From Candidatus Poseidoniaceae archaeon (GTDB lineage Archaea > Thermoplasmatota > Poseidoniia > Poseidoniales > Poseidoniaceae), in assembly GCA_943789275.1 (NCBI GenBank), contig CALSTM010000003.1, forward strand, positions 300,001 through 332,000: a DNA stretch of 32,000 bases, in the 5' to 3' direction. Positions 7,940 to 15,827 of the stretch are shown here, in pieces. The translations under genes were made by a program, and so were the position numbers. The notes below the pieces were generated by a model, which made no database searches, was not told where the DNA came from, and saw only the letters and a list, made by a program, of their open reading frames with translations. Within the stretch, counting starts at the first letter, position 1. The number at the start of each line of letters is the position of its first letter.

Positions 7940-10696
7940 ATGAACAAGCAATGGACTCTTATCCTTCTTGGTGTTCTTCTGTTTTCGATTCCATCTCATG
8001 CGGTAGAATCAAGGGAAACTTCGCCTGTTGAACAGTTTGGAGAAGTGTTCCTTGAAGTCGTCATTGCCGATTCTTCCGATGACCTTGACGACCCTCGAGA
8101 TCTTGAATTTCACCCTGGTCGAGCGAATGAACTTTGGGTCGCGAACCGAGCTACTGATAGCATAACCATCGTTCACGATACCGGGCTCGAAACACAATAC
8201 TCAGAGAACCGCCGTGATTCCCACAGAAACCACTTTCTCGAAGAAGTGAGTGCGATTTCCTTCGGTTCCTATCATCCTGAATTTGATTGGCAATGGGGCT
8301 CTGCTCAAGAGACTCGTAACACCTACTGCGGCCAAGGTTCACCGAACAACTTCATGGGTCCCACACTTTGGCCTTCGTCGTTGTCTCACTTCGCCATGGA
8401 ACATCAATCCGATGGATTACTCGGCAGCCACATCGACATGAATCATGAATCTCCATACGGCGTTGGTATTGCTCACGATTCGGACAATGCTTACTGGTAC
8501 AACGATGGCTACTACGGTGAGTTGGTGTACTACGACTTCCAAGAAGATCATGATACCGGGATGGATGACCACTCGGATGCTATAGTCCGACGCTATGCAG
8601 ATGTCCAACTCACGCATGCATTTGGTATTCCAGGGCACATGATTCTGGACAAAGATTCTGGAATCCTCTACATCGCAGACGCCGGTGCAAACCGAGTTCT
8701 TTGGGTCAATACCGATGACACAACCACTTCATCACTGGACATTATGGGTGAATCCTCTCGTCTTGAACCTCTTGCTGAGTATTCGGATATGACCGGTATT
8801 GAATGGGGCGTTCTTGACACTGGACTCAATCGGCCAAGCGGTATCGCTCTTGACGGTGATCAATTGTTTGTTTCTACCAACGGTGACGGAAAAATCACCG
8901 CTTACGAATTAAATACAGACGGCAAAGGTGGCGTTCAAGCCGATTCGATTCAAACAACGGCCTCTTCCATTATGGGTCTTGAAATAGGCCCGGATGGTCT
9001 TCTGTATTACGTCGATAACGGCCAAGATGAAGTTGTTCTGATTCAACCAGATACCGATGCAGATTCCGATGGAGTCGGCGATTCGATTGACAACTGTCCT
9101 TTCGTGGCCAATGCAGCACAAGCAAATTATGACGGCGATGCAATGGGTGACGTTTGCGATAATGATACGGATAACGACACTGTACTGAACGACGTCGATG
9201 CTTGCCAATTCGGCAACATGTCGTGGATCTCAACGCTTGCAACCGACCATGACATGGACGGTTGTGCGGATTTGACCGAAGACGATGACGACGACAACGA
9301 CATGGTCAACGACGACATGGACCGATGTCCTAAGGGAGAACTTGCGTGGATTGCTACAACCGCTACAGACTACGATTCCGACGGATGTCAAGACAGTTCC
9401 GAAGACCTTGATGACGACGATGACCGCATCTGCGACGGTATGCAATCCGACGGAATCTGGGCGTGTACACCTTCAACGACCGGTGTTGATGAATGCCCAA
9501 TGAGTGCTCCATCGTTCTCTTCGATTCAATCGAACGATGCTGACCAAGACGGTTGCGAAGACCTTACTGAAGATACCGATGATGACAACGATGGCTTCTC
9601 TGATGGCGGTGATGATTGTCCACAAACCTACGGTCTAAGTTCCGTTGGTGGCCCACTGGGATGCGAAGACTACGACGGTGACGGTTATGCTGATTCCGTA
9701 GACGAGTATCCAACCGAAGCAACGCAATGGTCTGATACCGATGGCGATGGCTTTGGTGACCAAGCCGATGGCATAGACGGTGATGCTTGCCCGTCAACCG
9801 TTGGGACCTCTTCGATGGACCGTAAGGGCTGTCTTGATTCCGACAAAGACGGTTGGTCTGACCCAGATACGGGTTGGACTTCGGAGGATGGAGCCGATGC
9901 TATGCCAACAGTGAGCAGTCAACACGTGGATGCTGATGGCGATGGCTTTGGAGACGCATTGACTGGTTTCCAAGGCGATGAATGCCCGGGAGTTTCAGGC
10001 ACTTCATCCGAAGATCGTTTCGGATGTTTCGATGCTGACGGTGACGGTTGGTCGGACGCTGGCGATGCCTTTGTCGACGATGCGAGCCAACATGCTGACG
10101 ACGACGCAGACGGATACGGCGACGCCCCTGGTGGCAACGCTGCAGATGATTGCCCTGGTTTGTTTGGCCTTTCCTCTGAAACTCGGCTCGGCTGCCCCGA
10201 CGCTGATGGCGACGGTTGGGATGATTACCTCGACCAATTCCCTGAAGATGTTCTGCTTTGGTCGGATGCTGACGGTGATGGATACGCTGACCAAGCCGGT
10301 ACAGAATTCTCGGATGATTGTCTTGAAGTCTCTGGCACTTCGACGCTTGACCGAAGGGGTTGCCTCGACAGTGATGCCGATGGTTGGTCGGACCAATCAG
10401 ATGCTTATCCAATGGATTCTACTCGATACTTAGCCAGCGATTCGACTTCGTTTTCCACTCCTCTGGTTGCCGTTTCATTGGTGATTGTTACGTTGTTACT
10501 TGTTGGCCTGTTTGCCATGAATCGACGTCGTTCTCCGATTGCTCAACCACTTCCTCTCCCTGTTCAGCCGCTGCAAGCAATCAATGCACCCGTCGAAACG
10601 CCGGCAGCACCCCCGCTTCCTCCAGAAGGCCTTCCGGCCGGTTGGACCATGGAACAATGGACTTGGTACGGCGCAGATTACCTGAAGAACCGTTGA
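7940..10696 (+). CDS. Large secreted, membrane-anchored surface protein: NHL-type beta-propeller, thrombospondin type-3-like Ca-binding repeats, C-terminal TM and a Pro-rich cytoplasmic tail
   Basis: Signal peptide MNKQWTLILLGVLLFSIPSHA. NHL-like blades (GILYIADAGANRVLWV; PSGIALDGDQLFVSTNGDGKITAYEL; GPDGLLYYVDNGQDEVVLI). A TSP3 motif (DTDADSDGVGDSIDNCPFVANAAQANYDGDAMGDVCDND). Multiple D-rich repeats. TM segment TPLVAVSLVIVTLLLVGLFA followed by MNRRRS. The ORF-track start 7919 adds 7 aa before the signal peptide. Confidence 0.8.
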   Translation: MNKQWTLILLGVLLFSIPSHAVESRETSPVEQFGEVFLEVVIADSSDDLDDPRDLEFHPGRANELWVANRATDSITIVHDTGLETQYSENRRDSHRNHFLEEVSAISFGSYHPEFDWQWGSAQETRNTYCGQGSPNNFMGPTLWPSSLSHFAMEHQSDGLLGSHIDMNHESPYGVGIAHDSDNAYWYNDGYYGELVYYDFQEDHDTGMDDHSDAIVRRYADVQLTHAFGIPGHMILDKDSGILYIADAGANRVLWVNTDDTTTSSLDIMGESSRLEPLAEYSDMTGIEWGVLDTGLNRPSGIALDGDQLFVSTNGDGKITAYELNTDGKGGVQADSIQTTASSIMGLEIGPDGLLYYVDNGQDEVVLIQPDTDADSDGVGDSIDNCPFVANAAQANYDGDAMGDVCDNDTDNDTVLNDVDACQFGNMSWISTLATDHDMDGCADLTEDDDDDNDMVNDDMDRCPKGELAWIATTATDYDSDGCQDSSEDLDDDDDRICDGMQSDGIWACTPSTTGVDECPMSAPSFSSIQSNDADQDGCEDLTEDTDDDNDGFSDGGDDCPQTYGLSSVGGPLGCEDYDGDGYADSVDEYPTEATQWSDTDGDGFGDQADGIDGDACPSTVGTSSMDRKGCLDSDKDGWSDPDTGWTSEDGADAMPTVSSQHVDADGDGFGDALTGFQGDECPGVSGTSSEDRFGCFDADGDGWSDAGDAFVDDASQHADDDADGYGDAPGGNAADDCPGLFGLSSETRLGCPDADGDGWDDYLDQFPEDVLLWSDADGDGYADQAGTEFSDDCLEVSGTSTLDRRGCLDSDADGWSDQSDAYPMDSTRYLASDSTSFSTPLVAVSLVIVTLLLVGLFAMNRRRSPIAQPLPLPVQPLQAINAPVETPAAPPLPPEGLPAGWTMEQWTWYGADYLKNR
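9575..10426 (+). repeat. Five tandem ~56-65-aa (about 170-195 nt) acidic repeats inside the adhesin gene
   Basis: Repeat consensus is D.DGDGfgD......D.CP...G.Ss.dR.GC.D.D.DGWsD. Examples: WSDTDGDGFGDQADGIDGDACPSTVGTSSMDRKGCLDSDKDGWSD; HVDADGDGFGDALTGFQGDECPGVSGTSSEDRFGCFDADGDGWSD; WSDADGDGYADQAGTEFSDDCLEVSGTSTLDRRGCLDSDADGWSD. Confidence 0.7.
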
Positions 10697-10721
10697 GTAT
10701 TGATACGTGAGAGGTTTTCTG

Positions 10722-11174
10722 ATGCCTGAAATTTTTCCTTCGGTAACGGGGAGAAATCTCAATAAAAAAACGCTCACTATTCCAGATGATTACAACAGCG
10801 AACCGCTTCTTGTTATTGCTGCGTTCGAACAATGGCAACAGCGTGTCGTGGATGAAGTAATTTCCGCCTTTGAAGCAAACAATCTTGGGCAAAACCATAC
10901 CATCATTGAGATTCCAGTGATTCAACGGTCGACGCGGTTTCGTCAAATTCGGCTTGACGCCATCATGCGGGCCGTTATCCGGGACCGTGACATACGTCAA
11001 AGGACGGTTACCGTCTACCTTGACAAGAAGGCATTTCGTGACAGCTTAGAGATTCCAAACGATTCTGCAGTCCACTGGTTCTTGGTTGACCATGCCAGTA
11101 AGAAAATACGTATGCGTGGGATAAACGTGCCCTCTTCCGAAGAATTGCGCCAACTCGTTTCCCTTTCTTCGTGA
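10722..11174 (+). CDS. Hypothetical protein; possibly ATP10-like/thioredoxin-fold (from memory only)
   Basis: The layout FPSVTGRNLNKKTLTIPDDY..PLLVIAAFEQW......IIEIPVIQ....R.....LEIPNDSAVHWFLVDHASKKIRMRGINVPSSEELRQLV resembles what I remember of the ATP10 family (FP.l.g..L.g... / yLVD..gkIRWag.G.a..eE...L). It lacks redox cysteines. ATG 10722 is preferred over GTG 10707. Confidence 0.4.
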   Translation: MPEIFPSVTGRNLNKKTLTIPDDYNSEPLLVIAAFEQWQQRVVDEVISAFEANNLGQNHTIIEIPVIQRSTRFRQIRLDAIMRAVIRDRDIRQRTVTVYLDKKAFRDSLEIPNDSAVHWFLVDHASKKIRMRGINVPSSEELRQLVSLSS

Positions 11175-11293
11175 TGGACAGAACTTCAATCCGATAGCCC
11201 ACGGTTCGAGCATTTCACCTGTATCGAATGCTCCCCGGGCCTTTCTTTTCACATGGCCGATGGATTCATGTGTATGTTCAATCACCTTTGGTC

Positions 11294-11770
11294 ATGCAAC
11301 GGGTTTTTTCGTTGATTTGCGTCTTGTTTTTTCTTGCAGGCTGCCTTGGCGCTTCCTCAACCGGCTGCGGTGAAGGCTACGAAGAAATGCATGCTGGCGA
11401 CTATTCGATTGATTCCATCACTCTTGATGCTACGACAAATCAACTCAGTGTAGTGGTTAAGAATGAAGAAGGGGCATCAGGTTTCATTCGAGAGAATGAA
11501 TCGTTAGAGCAAGAACAAACCATTTGGATAGCTTTGCATATTCAGCATAATGGCCAGACCACTTCCATTCGAGGTGAAGATTCTGAACATTCTTGGACCG
11601 TAACTGGAGATTCAAGTAACGGTGATTCATGGATCAGTACGGTGACATTCACGAGCCCAGATGGATTTTGCGATTCAGGTTGCGAGGAAATCAGATTTTC
11701 CGCGGGTTATTACGATGGAGTATTCTATCACGACGGAACGTGCGAGAGTTCTCCATGGTTTGCGGTCTAG
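11294..11770 (+). CDS. Putative secreted/lipobox protein
   Basis: MQRVFSLICVLFFLAGCLGASS has a hydrophobic leader ending in the lipobox-like LAGC. The mature part has paired Cys residues. No homology was recognised. The ORF-track start 11228 adds 22 aa upstream of the leader. Confidence 0.5.
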   Translation: MQRVFSLICVLFFLAGCLGASSTGCGEGYEEMHAGDYSIDSITLDATTNQLSVVVKNEEGASGFIRENESLEQEQTIWIALHIQHNGQTTSIRGEDSEHSWTVTGDSSNGDSWISTVTFTSPDGFCDSGCEEIRFSAGYYDGVFYHDGTCESSPWFAV

Positions 11771-12004
11771 GTTCCACTTACCCCTTTCTCGATTTCAATC
11801 AAGTCTACTCGAATCGTGAATGAAAAAAAATTTCCACGAGGGCTCCCCTTGCACACGTCCGTATCTACGTCGGTACCCATGTACATGTATACGAACATAA
11901 GGGGGTCCCATGTATATGATTACAGAATACAAACAGATCGCCACCTCATTCCGATAAAACTGCTTTTTGCTGTAACTTTGCAATAACTTCATTTGCGTAC
12001 TGGA

Positions 12005-13095
12005 ATGCCTCAATCTATGACGAACCGTATTCTCGGGTTGGACGGAATCCGAGCTTACGCAGTAATCACCGTGGTAATTCTTCACTTACAATTGGTTATC
12101 CATTGGTATTACGAATCTTCTCCGTTATACAGTCTAGTGTGGCACGGAGTAGAGATTTTCTTTGTGCTATCTGGGTTTTTAATTACCCATCTTCTGGTTA
12201 AAGAGAGGAGTCAATTCGGGAACATAAACCTGAAAAAATTCTGGGTTCGCAGAGCACTTCGGATATTCCCTTTGTTCTATTTGTTCATTTTAAGCGTTAT
12301 ATTAATCGGGTTTTTCTACGATACAAATACATCTCTAAAGCAAACTTTGATATCGGCAATTTATGGATTTAATTTCGTTTCACGTAGCGAATACAACATT
12401 ATGTTGGGACACACATGGTCACTTGCTGTAGAGGAGCATTTCTATCTGATATGGCCGCCAATACTTATTTTGATGTTGAAAAAAAATGTATCTTTGCAGA
12501 AAATTTTGGTCATACTTGTTCTAAGTTTCGTAGCATTAGAACTAATAAACAATCACCTAATGTACGAGACTGAAATCGGCTCTGAATATTTTGTTGAGAG
12601 GTGGACTACGAGTGCGTCTGTTTACTTGCTTGCAGGTTGTATAGGTGGCATTTTTATTCACGCCGAAATATGGAAAAATACTTTTGGAACTCTGAAACTA
12701 AACTCCTTACTTACAACGCTATTCCTTTTCGGTTTTTTTGTTGATTTCTGGTTTTTCGCCATCCAATTATTGTAAGGGATTTTCGAATAATTGGTATTAT
12801 ATCGGGAATTTTATGGGTTGTTGCCAACCAAAAATCACTCCTCGTCAAAATTATGGAATGGGCTCCGATAAGATACATTGGACAGGTGTCTTATGGAATC
12901 TACATTTGGCAAGGATTCTATTTAGCAACTGGGCCATCAAGGGCAAAAGGTCAGGAATGGCCTTTGTCCGATCCTCTGCTTAGCGTTATATTTCTCGTTA
13001 TCACCGTCCCAATTTCATATCACCTTTATGAAAAAATATTTTTGAACATGAAGAAGAAGTTTCAGAGAGTTCCAATGGTAAATGAAAGTGAATAA
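12005..13095 (+). pseudogene. Acyltransferase family 3 (OafA/YrhL-like O-acyltransferase) interrupted by a frameshift near 12733-12756
   Basis: The N-terminal part (frame 2) carries ILGLDGIRAYAVITVVILH, WHGVEIFFVLSGFLI and HTWSLAVEEHFYLIWP. The C-terminal part (frame 1, open from 12745) reads ...IIGIISGILWVVANQKSLLVKIMEWAPIRYIGQVSYGIYIWQGF, the conserved family-3 C-terminal block. The two frames overlap at T7 (12733-12739) and T5 (12752-12756) homopolymers. Sampled 60-nt lines give about 28-40% GC. Confidence 0.7.
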
Positions 13096-13190
13096 GGTAC
13101 CTATACAAGGGTTAGTAGTTTGAGCCCTTCCATTCAGTTCATGCATACTAATGGGTTTGCAGTGGGCCATATTGAACCGTACCGTTGTAT

Positions 13191-13997
13191 TCATCTGAAC
13201 GGTGGGCTCCAAATGCCTTCTTTACGGGCATGATCCAAGAGGTGCCAATACAACGTCGTGACCTCCTTTTTCGAATCTGTAACCGTCCGGTCAACGTCCT
13301 TCACATCCATCGATGGCGGGGCTTTCTTCCAACTCCATCGAGCCAACAACGAGAGCGGGAACAAGGAAAGTGCTGGCCCGTTCATCGGCAGGGAGAGGCT
13401 CGTTTTCCACGGCCGGGAAACAAGATTCGATTCTTGAAGCGCTTGAGCAACATCATTCCAGGAGTTCCCTTTACCGGCTTTTCGTTTCACCAACCAAGAA
13501 GGGTTGATTGAGGAATCAACCGCGTATCCTTGTTCGGCAAGAACGGGAGCCATCCATGGAGCCATATAGCCACCTGGTGCTCGAAACCACGGGCGAAAGG
13601 CATCACCAGCTTTCTTTTGTAGAATCTGCGTTGATTGTTGCAGAGCCAGTGAAAAGCCATCTCTATCTTCGGGCCAGGCAGACCAAGATCTGTGATTCAA
13701 ACCGTGGCAACCGACCGTTAACCGTTCGGGGTGTGACTTCAACAGTTGAGCAAACCACTGACAAAACTCTTCGCTCATGAACAAATCGGCAATCACAAAC
13801 AAAGTAACTGGGTGCGTATTTTTCTTCAACCACTTCTCAAATCCATTCATGCCAATTTGGAACGTTTCTGAAAGTTGTTTGTTGAGTTCCGTCTGCTCGA
13901 TGTGTGCTTGGTCGTGCTGGCTGCGCGTAGGATGGCCTGAAAAGCGAGGCACATGGCGCTCATCGTCGAAATCCACGGTGAGCCATGTGGCCTTCAA
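13191..13997 (-). CDS. Polysaccharide deacetylase (NodB/CE4-like)
   Basis: NodB-type motifs appear in order: LTVDFDDE (TFDD-like), VTLFVIADL, GCHGLNH (His pair) and FRAPGGY (RxPxG). The start overlaps the upstream GNAT stop by 4 nt. Confidence 0.65.
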   Translation of the reverse strand: MKATWLTVDFDDERHVPRFSGHPTRSQHDQAHIEQTELNKQLSETFQIGMNGFEKWLKKNTHPVTLFVIADLFMSEEFCQWFAQLLKSHPERLTVGCHGLNHRSWSAWPEDRDGFSLALQQSTQILQKKAGDAFRPWFRAPGGYMAPWMAPVLAEQGYAVDSSINPSWLVKRKAGKGNSWNDVAQALQESNLVSRPWKTSLSLPMNGPALSLFPLSLLARWSWKKAPPSMDVKDVDRTVTDSKKEVTTLYWHLLDHARKEGIWSPPFR

Positions 13998-14575
13998 GCC
14001 GCGTCACCTCGAGGCAAATCGAGGATGTGCAAGCGATGTGGGACGGTACGTTGGCCAATTTCGATGCCAATGAATTGCTCAATAATTTCTCCACCCCACT
14101 CTTCACAAATGCGGTTGGCAGTAGCCAGTCCAGGTTCGTTATGCGGGTGGACGGTTATTTCGATGCGATGGAATTCCTGGTTCTCTCGCGCTTTGTTTTC
14201 CAACCACTGGAGAATTTTGCGTGTTGCCTCAAGCGCAATACCTTGACGTTGGAACGATGAACGAACCCAGTATCCAAGGTTGTAAGAGGATTGCAGCAAT
14301 TGTAATTCATCGCCGAGTCCGATGAGCCCTACAAAGGCCCCTTTTTCTTCGGAACGAATCCACCAGAAATGCAGTCGGTCAACATCCGCTTGGTTTTCTA
14401 CATCGAACAGCATGTCGCTGAGTTGCCCTTGCACATTGAACTCAGCATCAAGCCAGGGGAGAGCAGTTTGAGCCGCTTCAGGGTCCTCATTGTAGGCTTC
14501 TAAGAGCAACGGTAGGATGGATTTACTGACGGGTATGAGTCTCATATCTGAGCGAAACTCGAGTTCAGGCGTCAT
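13994..14575 (-). CDS. GNAT N-acetyltransferase, RimJ/RimL-like
   Basis: NLGYWVRSSFQRQGIALEATRKILQWL (the Q/R-x-x-G-x-A acetyl-CoA motif) and RIEITVHPHNEPGLATANRI, typical of the RimJ/L subgroup. Confidence 0.8.
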   Translation of the reverse strand: MTPELEFRSDMRLIPVSKSILPLLLEAYNEDPEAAQTALPWLDAEFNVQGQLSDMLFDVENQADVDRLHFWWIRSEEKGAFVGLIGLGDELQLLQSSYNLGYWVRSSFQRQGIALEATRKILQWLENKARENQEFHRIEITVHPHNEPGLATANRICEEWGGEIIEQFIGIEIGQRTVPHRLHILDLPRGDAA

Positions 14576-14585
14576 GGCAAACCCT

Positions 14586-15827
14586 CTAGGACAGTTGTGC
14601 GACTGCAGCCGCTACATGTTCATTGTTCGGGTGAACATGCTTCGCCATAGCAAGCGTCCACTGCAGGTGTTCTTCACGATTCAACGCTCGCATAGCCGAA
14701 CCGATGTGGAGCAACATCTCAAAGTTCAAATCAAGATGTGGTCCAAGTGCATCGAGCGTTTCAGCGGCTTTTGGATATTGGCCGGTTTTAATTGCTTCAA
14801 GAACGGCCACCACTTCGCCGTAGACTTCATGTGCGCCCCATGCTTCTTGAGCAGGCCAAGGCCAAAACCTGGTGGAGGGTTGCGCCGAAGTCTCGGGTTG
14901 TGGTTCGGGTTCAACCACTGGAACCGTAGGCGTTTCTGCGGATTGGGATACAACCGGGAGTTCAGGTGTTTGGGTAGCCTCAACCGGTGATTCAACTGCA
15001 GCGCTTACGAGAGGGATATCGGGTGTCGCCGGCGTTGAAGTCGAAGCCAAATTGGGCAATTGTGGAGTGGTTGCATGAGGTGCTTCTGCAGCCGAAACAG
15101 AATCGCTTGGAGCAGAACTTGCTTGAGCGAGGTTGTCGAAGTTCGGAAGCTCTGGAGTCGACGTTTTTTCTGGAGTTTTGGGTCCAACAGAGCCCAGTAA
15201 ATCTTCATCCTTCTCAATTTTGACGGATGGAGAATAGAGGTTACCAAGTCCGGAAGGTACCGGTTCAGGAACTTCATCCAGAGGATCTTGCTCTCCAAGG
15301 TCAAAGACAACCGGGTTGGCAGGAGCGTCAGAGGCACTCAGTTCGACTTCTTCCGGTGCTTCAAAATCGACGGTTTGAGCCAATTCTGGCGTGCTACCGC
15401 TGATGAATTGGAACGAATCCTCACCCTCTGGGTTGCTGGTTTCGTATTGGTCAATATCAACCGCAACATCATCCAAAGACAGCACGGCCTCGACCGCAAC
15501 ATCATCCTCCATTGCCTCGTTATCTTCGAGCAGGGTGCTCATCAAGTCTGAACCGGATGTCGTGGGGGTGGCCATCGGTTGGTCACGGGGTGCTAAATTG
15601 ATGGAATAGTAACATTGAGCACAATTCTCAGCACCGTCTTCGTTAACAAATTCGCAGTAGGGGCAGACATTCCCCTCTTTGGACTTGTCTTCTTTTCGAC
15701 GCCGAAACAGACTGCTCACCAAATGCTCGTCCTTCAATTTGGGTTTAAGGAATGGGGTTTCTCGACCTGTGAATACTTCGTTGTTGAAGGCATATACTGA
15801 TGGAGTAGGGGGGCCTCCATGTGCCAT
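14586..15827 (-). CDS. Zinc-ribbon protein with a long acidic/Pro-Thr-rich linker and a helical C-terminal domain
   Basis: CPYCEFVNEDGAENCAQC (CxxC-x10-CxxC). A roughly 250-aa low-complexity region follows, with recurring TPELP-like motifs (STPELPNF, TTPQLPNL, TPDIPLV, QTPELPVV). The C-terminus is TPR-like helical (YPKAAETLDALGPHLDLNFEMLLHIGSAMRAL). ATG 15827 is preferred over TTG 15860. Confidence 0.55.
   Translation of the reverse strand: MAHGGPPTPSVYAFNNEVFTGRETPFLKPKLKDEHLVSSLFRRRKEDKSKEGNVCPYCEFVNEDGAENCAQCYYSINLAPRDQPMATPTTSGSDLMSTLLEDNEAMEDDVAVEAVLSLDDVAVDIDQYETSNPEGEDSFQFISGSTPELAQTVDFEAPEEVELSASDAPANPVVFDLGEQDPLDEVPEPVPSGLGNLYSPSVKIEKDEDLLGSVGPKTPEKTSTPELPNFDNLAQASSAPSDSVSAAEAPHATTPQLPNLASTSTPATPDIPLVSAAVESPVEATQTPELPVVSQSAETPTVPVVEPEPQPETSAQPSTRFWPWPAQEAWGAHEVYGEVVAVLEAIKTGQYPKAAETLDALGPHLDLNFEMLLHIGSAMRALNREEHLQWTLAMAKHVHPNNEHVAAAVAQLS

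Noticed and set aside
9564-10433. Several 70-170-aa ORFs in alternative frames or on the opposite strand inside the adhesin gene (e.g. 9900-10412 minus, 9978-10433 plus).
   Set aside because: These are artefacts of GAY-rich (Asp codon) repeats that suppress stop codons in other frames. The translations are His/Arg- or Thr-rich nonsense with no motifs.
12738-12983. 81-aa ORF in the third frame across the acyltransferase frameshift region.
   Set aside because: The conserved acyltransferase-3 C-terminal block is encoded in frame 1 (open from 12745), not in this frame.
15679-15825. ORF-track start of the helicase at 15679.
   Set aside because: It would overlap about 150 nt of the divergent zinc-ribbon gene, including its Cys ribbon. 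The translated extension (MDLSSFRRRNRLLTKCSS...) looks like out-of-frame noise.
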